From Candidatus Hydrogenedentota bacterium (GTDB taxonomy: Bacteria; Hydrogenedentota; Hydrogenedentia; Hydrogenedentales; SLHB01), in the NCBI GenBank assembly GCA_045863335.1, contig BTVY01000006.1:32001-96000 (forward strand): 64,000 bases of DNA, in the 5' to 3' direction. Position 1 is the first letter of the stretch. Every line of letters begins with the position of its first letter. The notes under the pieces were generated by a model. It saw only the letters and a list, made by a program, of their open reading frames with translations, was not told the origin of the DNA and ran no database searches. Of this stretch, positions 27,584 to 35,394 are shown piece after piece. A program made the translations under genes and the position numbers.

Positions 27584-27653
27584 GCCTTCAGTATGTTTGG
27601 GCGTACATCAAATGGGGAACGCATGATTGTGCTACCGTCGCGGAGCAGAACCA

Positions 27654-27817
27654 AAGAACATCCCCCTGGATCGCCCTTCGAAGGGGGAATGCGCGTATCC
27701 ATTGCGCTCGAGGAAGTTGCGGGTACGTTTCCCAATCGACACATCGGACAGCTCATTCCGCACGCCAACGGTGTGCCAGAATTTCCCCTTCGAAGGGGGA
27801 TCAAGGGGGATGTTCTT
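27654..27817. repeat. REPIN-like inverted repeat pair (CCCCTTCGAAGGGGG family)
   Basis: aagaacatccccctggatcgcccttcgaagggggaat (27654-27690) against atttccccttcgaagggggatcaagggggatgttctt (27781-27817), with about 90 bp between them. Confidence 0.8.
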
Positions 27818-27829
27818 CATACAAAAAAC

Positions 27830-29482
27830 TCAACCCCGGTCGTTTTCCGAGTCGCCATCTGACGATGTGCCGTCGGGCAACGCCCTCGTTTCGTGGTCCT
27901 CGTCGACGGCGAGGGCAGGATGCGGCGGGTGGAGCCGGTGGATCACCTCGCTCAACGGCTCGCGCATGAGCTTGGATTCGCTACCGCTCACCTCCCGCAA
28001 CAGGGGCTGCAGGATTTCCTCTTCGCGCAGGGCCGACGGTTCGCGTCCGGATTCGCGCAAGGCGGCGATCACATGGCCAATCGTGATCTTGTCGATAGAT
28101 CGCGATGGTGCGAACCGCACGGGTTCGGTTGCGCAGCGCTGGACCAGATCCGCTTCATCCAGCTGATCGAGTGTCTCATTCAACAGGCGCGTGGGCACTT
28201 TCCACTCTTCCGCCGCCTCGGAGGGCGAGAGCCCCGGCATGCCCGCGTCGAAACGATGGGCGACTTCCACCATGGCGCGGAGCGCAACAGCTTCCCGGTA
28301 GGCCTGGCTCGCGCCCGCGGCGTGGCGTTCCATGACGAAGGTCTTCTCGTTCTGATACGCAAAGGTGAGTTCCGCGCCGAAAAGCAGAATGACCCAACTG
28401 AAGTAGATCCAGATGAGCAGAAATGGAAACAGGGCAAAAGACGAATAGACGACGCTGTTGCGCGCGAGTCCGTACTGCAGTCCGAAATATCCCATCGACA
28501 ACAGCAGCCAAAGCGTTCCCGCCACAAATCCGCCGAGGATGGCATAACGCCATTTCACTTTCGTGTTGGGAACGACCGCATAAAGCGTCGAGAACGCGAA
28601 CCAGATGACCAGGTATTGAATGCCGCGGACGGCCAGGGCGATATACCCGAGCCGATCTGTTACCACCGTACTGCCGAGCGCTGCGGTCAGGCCAATCACG
28701 CCCATGACTACGAAAGGCAACAACAACGTGATCATCATGTAATCGCTGAACATGCGGTACCATGACCTTGTGCTTCGCAATCCCCAGATTGAATTGAAGG
28801 AGGATTCGATGTTGCGCATGAGGCCGAACACCGCCGTCAGGATGAATCCCAGCCCCATCAGGCCAAGCGCCCGAGGGTTCGCGCTCTTGCTGGCCATGTC
28901 GAGGATTAAATCGACGGGATCGATGGGCTCCGCTCCTGCGGCAGGCGGCGGAGGCCCTTCCCGTTCAGGCAGTGCAGCGGAATCCGGCGGCGCCAACCCG
29001 CGCTCGGGCACGAGCGACGGCTCATCACCCGACCCCGAGACGCCGGAAGGGACGCGCTCGCTGCTCATGCTATCTGAAAGCCCCGGGATTACCAGGTTAA
29101 TCAATTCCTTGATCTGTTCGTTGGGATCTTCCGCTCCGCCGCCGTTGCGATTCGCACCGCCTTGAGCGGCGGGTTCACCGCCGGCGAACCCCGCGATCAA
29201 CGAGGTAATTTCCGTGGTCAAATTGAATTGGCTGATTACAAAATACAGAACGGCCACGAAGGGCACGAGCGAAAGCACGGTCGTATACGCCAGCGCCGCG
29301 GCCCGCAGAAGCAGCGCGTCCTGAATCATGTTCTGCACGAGCACAATCAGCACCCGTATCTGCTTCACCACGAAACCGTAAGGGACTTCTTCCCCTTCCC
29401 GGCCCAGGAACCAGATGTCGTGGGTGATGAAGCGTTGCCCGCGGGCAAGGGCGTCGAACAGGCGCTGCAAGTGTTCTCTCAT
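27830..29482 (-). CDS. YihY/BrkB family membrane protein with C-terminal Rrf2-like wHTH region
   Basis: 'RAAALAYTTVLSLVP', 'IESSFNSIWG', 'LYAVVPNTKV', 'WIYFSWVILLFGAEL'; C-terminal 'PTRLLNETLDQLDEADLV...ITIGHVI'. Confidence 0.88.
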   Translation of the reverse strand: MREHLQRLFDALARGQRFITHDIWFLGREGEEVPYGFVVKQIRVLIVLVQNMIQDALLLRAAALAYTTVLSLVPFVAVLYFVISQFNLTTEITSLIAGFAGGEPAAQGGANRNGGGAEDPNEQIKELINLVIPGLSDSMSSERVPSGVSGSGDEPSLVPERGLAPPDSAALPEREGPPPPAAGAEPIDPVDLILDMASKSANPRALGLMGLGFILTAVFGLMRNIESSFNSIWGLRSTRSWYRMFSDYMMITLLLPFVVMGVIGLTAALGSTVVTDRLGYIALAVRGIQYLVIWFAFSTLYAVVPNTKVKWRYAILGGFVAGTLWLLLSMGYFGLQYGLARNSVVYSSFALFPFLLIWIYFSWVILLFGAELTFAYQNEKTFVMERHAAGASQAYREAVALRAMVEVAHRFDAGMPGLSPSEAAEEWKVPTRLLNETLDQLDEADLVQRCATEPVRFAPSRSIDKITIGHVIAALRESGREPSALREEEILQPLLREVSGSESKLMREPLSEVIHRLHPPHPALAVDEDHETRALPDGTSSDGDSENDRG

Positions 29483-29543
29483 GGTTCTATGCTACACGCT
29501 AATGCCCCGGCTTGGGAAACTGGGTACGCGGCGGATGGCGATG

Positions 29544-30851
29544 CTATCGGCTCGACGCGATTCGCACCGTCGCCCCGATGGGGCAGAATCGAAACAGCTT
29601 CTCCGCGTCCGCGGGCCGCATGCGAATGCACCCCGCACCATGCGCCGCGCCGATGGACTCGGCTTCTTCGGTGGGATGAATGCCGTAGCTGAGCGGGGTG
29701 CCATTGGATGCGAAACCCATCCAACTCTCGCCAAGCGGGTTTCGGGGATGACCGTAGGGCACCGACTCGCCACGGTGGTACCAGTCCGGTCGCGCGATCT
29801 TATTGTGAATTGTGAACTCGCCGGAGGGCGTGGAGCCGTTCTTGCCGAGTCCAACGGGGAACTTCCACAACGAGCGCCCGCCAACGTATACCGTCATCTC
29901 GAACGTATCGCGATCGACTTCCAAATGTACTGGCGGCCCACCGTCTCCCGGAAACGCTTCAGGAGATCCATCTCCCGCGAAATCATTCGCAGTGATTCCG
30001 ATCCCGGGTGCCGTTGACCCGGTAGACGCGAAGGTGATGTCCCCCCTTCCGCTGCCGGGAGATTCCTTCCGTAGCGCGTCGGCGTGCGCCGCGCCGCCGG
30101 GATCGCCCCCCTCCGGGGTCTCGTCGAAGTCCACAAACTCGCCGGGGCCGCCCATGCCGGTCAACTCATCCAATTCTGCGAGCCCCGGCCGGCCACCACC
30201 GAATTCATCATCCCACGCGAGACCACCACGAGCCAGCGACATCGGGATGGTTTCAGGCGGCTTAGCCGAAGGATCGCGCTCTCCGGCCGATGGAGGCAAC
30301 GTTTCCGGCGCGGGCAAGCGGTCTTCCTTCGCAAGACGCTGGTTCGATTGATGGGACGTTGTCGCGCCGGATTCGTCCATGGGCCACCACAGCAGAAAGA
30401 GCAGGATGGCCGCGAGAACCGCGAGCCAGGGCGCGAGTCTCGAACCGCGCCGATCTGGATGCGGCTGCGGCAATTCCGGGACCGCAGCCCTCCGCACGGC
30501 ACGGATGCGGTGGGTTTCGGGCCTCGCCGTGAACGGCGTATGGACCCGGTATTGAATTCCGAGGGCAAACTCGTGCGACCCTGCGGGTTCGCAGCGGACC
30601 ACGTGACCGGAAACGCGAATTAACGAATCGCTCTCGCGATCCGCCCGCGGCGCAATCTCAATGTCGACCGCCGCGCCTTTCGGCAACATCGAATACGTGC
30701 GAATCCCCACGCCGTCACGGCTGATATCGAAGGCCGTGCCGGTGAATAACGGAGTTGCAGCATCCGCGCTGATCACAACCGCCGTCCGATTGGTGGCGGC
30801 ACGATTTGCAGCCCGGCGCTCTCCTCCCGATGGATTCGCAACCCTGACCAT
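29544..30851 (-). CDS. PilZ domain-TM-L,D-transpeptidase (YkuD) fusion
   Basis: PilZ RxxxR ('ERRAANR') and DxSxxG ('DISRDG'); 'GHVVRC'; TM 'LAPWLAVLAAILLFLLWWP'; YkuD motifs 'FPVGLG...TPSGEF...NPLG..W...YGIHPT...GCIRM'. Confidence 0.85.
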   Translation of the reverse strand: MVRVANPSGGERRAANRAATNRTAVVISADAATPLFTGTAFDISRDGVGIRTYSMLPKGAAVDIEIAPRADRESDSLIRVSGHVVRCEPAGSHEFALGIQYRVHTPFTARPETHRIRAVRRAAVPELPQPHPDRRGSRLAPWLAVLAAILLFLLWWPMDESGATTSHQSNQRLAKEDRLPAPETLPPSAGERDPSAKPPETIPMSLARGGLAWDDEFGGGRPGLAELDELTGMGGPGEFVDFDETPEGGDPGGAAHADALRKESPGSGRGDITFASTGSTAPGIGITANDFAGDGSPEAFPGDGGPPVHLEVDRDTFEMTVYVGGRSLWKFPVGLGKNGSTPSGEFTIHNKIARPDWYHRGESVPYGHPRNPLGESWMGFASNGTPLSYGIHPTEEAESIGAAHGAGCIRMRPADAEKLFRFCPIGATVRIASSR

Positions 30852-31183
30852 CGCAGTTCGCCTGCACCTTAACTTGTTGCGGACTCGCCAATCCGCAATC
30901 CCAAGGCCGCCAGTATAGCACGAAAAGCGGAGTATGCGGGGTGGATTTATGCGATACGGTTCTTCCTTCGAAACTGGAGCATTTGGCTTTGTTTCGGATT
31001 TCCGGGTGGGATGGGTCCTGGCGGTGGCGCGGGCCGGCATTCGCTCCGCAAAATAGGCCTTGACGCTTGTTTCACGGGCACTTACAATCACTACGCGTCG
31101 CAACGGGTCCACCCTACGGAACCTGCGGCCGGCGCGGGGCTGGCGGAAACTACGGTACCAACACTTGGGCTCGGAGGATGATC

Positions 31184-32698
31184 ATGGGTTCCGCAACCGA
31201 CAGTATTTTCGAGCGGCTGGAATCGGCTATCGCGGAGTGGAGCGCCGAAATCAAATCATCGTCCGCGGGCATGGCCGAGAAACTCGCCCGCGCCAAAGAC
31301 CGCTTGGGCGACACCCCGGAAGGCGCCGAATCCGTGGAAGCGCTCACCGCTTCGCTTGATTTCGCACGCGCCGAATTCGCCCGCCTGGAAGTCGCCTTGC
31401 GGGAATGCCTCAGCGCAGCCAAGTCCGCCAACGAACGAGCCGGCGCCGCAGCCGAGGCGACGGACTCCATCCGGGAACAGCAGTCCGCTCTCCGCGACGA
31501 GTTGTCTTCCTTGCGAAACCAGATCGACGAGAAACTCGCTGCATTGTCGGACGCATCGGCTGCGCCGCCGGCCCGTGATGAGGAATTGGCGGCGGATTTG
31601 GATGCCTTGAAAAACCAGCTTCAGGAAGTGCGTGAGCGCATGGAGACTTCCTCATCGGGCGATGCGGACGAGACCCTCGCGGATATCCGCGCAGAACTGG
31701 AGTTGTTGCGGTCCGCCGTGATGGAACTGCAAGACGCCGAACCGCCCGGCCCGGTCGAAGATGATCGCGTGGGCGCCTTCGCCTCCGAACTCAACGCGAT
31801 CAAGGCAGAAGTCGCTTCGTTGCGGGAACGGCAGGACTCGGAATCACCGGCCCTTGCGTCCGCGACAAGCGATGAACTCGTCGAACTGCGCGACGACCTC
31901 TCGCGCCTCCAGGGCGTCTTGGCCGGGTCTGGCGACACGGAACGTCGCATCGAGGAACTGGAAGGACTGCTGGCCGTGGAACGGGAACGGTCGGATCGGC
32001 TCGAGCAACGTATCGCGGAAGCCGCGCAGGTGGAACCACCCGCCGGCATGAGCAATGAAGTAGCCGTGGAACTGGACATGCTGCGCGAAGACCTGGCCGC
32101 GCTCCGGGCGGAACTCGCGGAGGTACGCGTCTCGCCGGCCTCCGCCGCTCCTGCCGAGGCCTATAGCGCGCCGCCGCCTGCGCCGGCGCCACCGCCACCC
32201 CGGCCGGACATGCACCGCGCAACGATCATGAACCTGGAACTGTCCGGCTTCGACAGCGACGGACGGCGCCGCCGCATGGGCGATATCCTCGTGGATGCAG
32301 GCGTGTTGACGCAGGAGCAATTGGAGCACGCGCTACAGGAACAACAGGAACATCCGCAACGTAGGCTGGGCGCGATCCTCGTCGATCTAGGACATACGGA
32401 AAGCGAGGTGGTCGCGCAGGTTCTCGCGTGTCAGTTGAAGCTTCCGTTTATCCATCTCGAAAGCGACGTGCCGGAAGAATCCGCCGTCCGCCTGGTCAAC
32501 GGACGCCTGTGCCGTCATCACCACTGTATCCCGGTGCGGATCGAGGATGAAACGGTGATCCTCGCCATGTCGAATCCATTGGATTTGATCGCCATCGAAG
32601 ATATCGAACTCGCCACCAGCCGTCGCGTCGACCCGGTCGTCGCCGCGGAACCCGATATCGCCAAGGCCATCGACTGGTTCTACGGCAGCGAAGGGTGA
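31184..32698 (+). CDS. Coiled-coil protein with C-terminal MshEN / T2SSE_N domain, no ATPase
   Basis: About 300 aa of heptad-rich sequence; Pro linker; tandem MshEN motifs RMGDILVDAGVLTQEQLEHALQEQ and RLGAILVDLG..; 'LAMSNPLDLIAIEDI'. GGAGG SD before ATG 31184. Confidence 0.85.
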   Translation: MGSATDSIFERLESAIAEWSAEIKSSSAGMAEKLARAKDRLGDTPEGAESVEALTASLDFARAEFARLEVALRECLSAAKSANERAGAAAEATDSIREQQSALRDELSSLRNQIDEKLAALSDASAAPPARDEELAADLDALKNQLQEVRERMETSSSGDADETLADIRAELELLRSAVMELQDAEPPGPVEDDRVGAFASELNAIKAEVASLRERQDSESPALASATSDELVELRDDLSRLQGVLAGSGDTERRIEELEGLLAVERERSDRLEQRIAEAAQVEPPAGMSNEVAVELDMLREDLAALRAELAEVRVSPASAAPAEAYSAPPPAPAPPPPRPDMHRATIMNLELSGFDSDGRRRRMGDILVDAGVLTQEQLEHALQEQQEHPQRRLGAILVDLGHTESEVVAQVLACQLKLPFIHLESDVPEESAVRLVNGRLCRHHHCIPVRIEDETVILAMSNPLDLIAIEDIELATSRRVDPVVAAEPDIAKAIDWFYGSEG

Positions 32699-32740
32699 GC
32701 GGGGCCCGCCGAGTATGATCGCATCACCTCTACAACTCCC

Positions 32741-32797
32741 CAAATCGGTATCGAAATCGCTATCGGGATCGGTATCGATGTCTGAATCGAAATCGAC
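32741..32797. repeat. Hexamer (ATCGnn) tandem repeats, same family as 8055-8150
   Basis: aaatcggt-atcgaa-atcgct-atcggg-atcggt-atcgat...aatcgaaatcgac. Confidence 0.75.
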
Positions 32798-32923
32798 AAG
32801 GGATAGACAAGACAATCTGGATTCCAATCGCCCGAGCCAGTTTTTAGTAGTTCATGAGCAAGCCAACCGGTTCAGTGAAAGAACCGATCTTGAAGTTCGC
32901 CAAAACCTGGGAGTATTTCTATC

Positions 32924-33859
32924 GTGAATCGCAGACAATTTCTTCAGTCCGGCGCCGCCGGAATCGCTGCCCTGGGTACGAGTGCCGCCGTCGCCGCGCC
33001 CGCCCCATCCCCGTTGTACCAGGATGGGCTAAGCCCCTGGCCCTTCGTGCTGAACGCCAGCACCATCCGCCCCACGCCGCTGGTCGACAAGATCCGCGTC
33101 GCCCACGAAACCGGATGGGACGGCATCGAGTTGTGGGTCCGCGAACTGGAAGAGTACGAACAGGCGGGTGGCAACCTGAAGGAACTCGGCCAGGACATCA
33201 CCGAACGGGGCATGTACGTGCCGAACGTCATCGGGTTGTGGGACTCCATCCCGGCCACGCAGGAAGAGTTTGACGCCATGCTGCCCACGTCGCGGGAACG
33301 CATGCGCATGTGCGCCGACGTGGGGTCGAAGCATGTCGCAGTGCTGCCGTTCCCGGACCGGGAAGATTACGATCACTATTGGGGCGCGGCCCGTTATGCG
33401 GACCTCCTCAAGATCAGCCGCGACGAGTATGGCGTCATCGGCGCCCTCGAATTCGTCGGATTCACGAAAGGGGTTAATCGGCTCGGCTTCGCCTCCGGCA
33501 TGGCCATCGACGCTAACGACAAGGATGCCTGCATCATCGCGGACACGTTCCACCTGTGGCGCGGCGGTTCCGGGTTCAACGGCATCCGCCACCTCAACGG
33601 GAAGTTCATCGCCGACTTCCATTGGAACGACGTCGGCCCCGAAGCCGATCCGAACACGGGCGGTGACGCCGACCGCATCTACCCCGGCGACGGTATCCTC
33701 CCGCTGGACGACGCGCTCCAACAACTCGCCGAGATCGGCTACACAGGACCGCTCTCCCTCGAACTGTTCAACCGCGCCCACTGGGAATCCGATCCCGTCG
33801 AAGTCGCCGCCAACGGCCTCGAAAAAATGCGCGCCAACGTCCGCTCCGCTATGGGCTAA
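32924..33859 (+). CDS. Tat-exported sugar phosphate isomerase/epimerase (AP endonuclease 2 TIM barrel)
   Basis: Tat signal 'NRRQFL'; 'GWDGIELW', 'ALEF', 'DTFH', 'HWND', 'PGDG', 'GYTGPLSLELF'. Confidence 0.9.
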   Translation: MNRRQFLQSGAAGIAALGTSAAVAAPAPSPLYQDGLSPWPFVLNASTIRPTPLVDKIRVAHETGWDGIELWVRELEEYEQAGGNLKELGQDITERGMYVPNVIGLWDSIPATQEEFDAMLPTSRERMRMCADVGSKHVAVLPFPDREDYDHYWGAARYADLLKISRDEYGVIGALEFVGFTKGVNRLGFASGMAIDANDKDACIIADTFHLWRGGSGFNGIRHLNGKFIADFHWNDVGPEADPNTGGDADRIYPGDGILPLDDALQQLAEIGYTGPLSLELFNRAHWESDPVEVAANGLEKMRANVRSAMG

Positions 33860-33881
33860 TCTAATCGAAAAGTATGAAAAG

Positions 33882-33936
33882 CCGGGGGAACCTTTTCTGA
33901 AGAAAAGGTTCCCCCGGACCCCCTCCAAAAGACTTT
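33882..33936. repeat. Long hairpin element (terminator or REP-like)
   Basis: ccgggggaaccttttct-ga-agaaaaggttcccccgg perfect 17-bp stem, followed by ccccctccaaaagacttt. Confidence 0.75.
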
Positions 33937-34006
33937 GATTTTGCTTCGCAATGCAAGTGGAGCACCAGCTCCGTGCCTTACTTCTCACTGCGAAGTTGGA
34001 TACTCA

Positions 34007-34393
34007 CCCCGGACGGGGCGGAAGACTGTAGCTCATCGCAGCATAGGCGCAGTCCAGTCCGAACGACTAATAAGATTTAACTCGGCTCAGGGCTATAACC
34101 CGTCACTTGAGCGCAGATGTCCAAGGCAGCCCCGGACGGGGCGACCCGATTGTAGCCCAGCGCAGCAAAGCCGCAATCAAATCCGAAATCCGAAGCACGA
34201 GATCCTAAACAAATTCCAATGCTCGAAATCCGAAAAACCAAAACTAAGGGAATGAGTTCGTGCGACTTCGCTGGACGTCTCTGGCGCAGCCCCGGACGGG
34301 GCGGAGGGCTGTAGCCCAGGGTGGAGCGAGGCACGAGCGGAACCCTGGGATCACGAACCCCACTACCATCGAGCCCCCGAATGGGGGCGACAG
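34007..34393. repeat. Cluster of CCCCGGACGGGGCG...TGTAGC REP-like units
   Basis: Copies near 34007, 34129 and 34289, plus a variant gcccccgaatgggggcgacag near 34373; an AAATCCG-rich heptamer tract at about 34175-34245. Confidence 0.75.
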
Positions 34394-34454
34394 AAACTAC
34401 ATCAATCCGTCATCGTCGACGCGCATTGCTACGCCGACTGAAAGCGCGCGCATT

Positions 34455-35237
34455 TCAGAGTTTTGCGGTCGCCGTCGTGCTTCCAGCGACCCGGCGCGCG
34501 GCCACCAGATAACCGATACAAAACAACGCCAACCCGATCGCTGCCAGGACATGCGGCATCCGCCAGTCAAAAAGCGGTGGAATCATCAAGGTGAACAGGA
34601 GCGGCTTCAGGAGTTCCCAAGCAATAGCGAGAACGACGATAGACGCTCCGATGACTTGAAGCCGAATCGACCAATGGCGGTCACTTCGATACCGCGTGAT
34701 GGCGCCAATTAGGGCGAACCCGCACGAGAACGCGGCGATTAAATAAATCACAATGTAGATTGCCATGGGGTTACCGCCGGTTTTCGGGTAGCGGTATGCG
34801 GGATCGTTTAGCTCCAACAAAGATCGCGGCTCATCGAGCCTCGCCCGATCCACTTTGCCGGACGTATCGAATTCGACAAAGATGGTCCTGTCATGCTCCT
34901 CGTCTACAAGTTCAGCGTCATGGCGGTGGAGGTAAAAGCCCCAGGAGGAGCCCAGAAATGCGTCCTCGTCTTTGCCGGCATATTCCTGGAATTCCGCGTC
35001 AGGATCGCCCAGGAGTTCTCTGACGCGTTCCTTATCCATTCCGATCTCAAGCTTTGGAAATGCTTCGACAATCCGCTCTTGCCTTGAAGCAGGTGCGTCA
35101 TACGGAAAACTCGGGATGCTGTCGATGAAGGACCCGAAACCGAACTCGGGACCGGTGACACTGACGGAGCCGCCCGAGTAACAACCCAGGGCAAGCGCGA
35201 TCAGAGTGATGGACCAGAATTGGGCCGTCACCTTCAT
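34455..35237 (-). CDS. Hypothetical lipoprotein-like protein with BamE/SmpA-like motif and C-terminal TM helices
   Basis: Lipobox-like LALGC; 'LEIGMDKERVRELLGDPD'; three hydrophobic helices after 'GGNPM'. GGAGG SD. Confidence 0.6.
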   Translation of the reverse strand: MKVTAQFWSITLIALALGCYSGGSVSVTGPEFGFGSFIDSIPSFPYDAPASRQERIVEAFPKLEIGMDKERVRELLGDPDAEFQEYAGKDEDAFLGSSWGFYLHRHDAELVDEEHDRTIFVEFDTSGKVDRARLDEPRSLLELNDPAYRYPKTGGNPMAIYIVIYLIAAFSCGFALIGAITRYRSDRHWSIRLQVIGASIVVLAIAWELLKPLLFTLMIPPLFDWRMPHVLAAIGLALFCIGYLVAARRVAGSTTATAKL

Positions 35238-35394
35238 GCTCTCATCCTCCAAGTAGCATTCCGAGCCTTTCGTGCCAACGCCACGACCTGTCGGCGTGGC
35301 TGGTGCCGTATCGCAAGGGTATCACGGAGCAGTAAATCCAGCAATGGCCCAGCAATGTCTCTGTAGGCCCGGATTCCACACCGGGCGAATGGCA

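Noticed and set aside
30852-31183. c-di-GMP riboswitch between the PilZ and MshEN genes
   Set aside because: I could not identify GEMM-type conserved elements by eye; an Rfam/Infernal scan would be needed.
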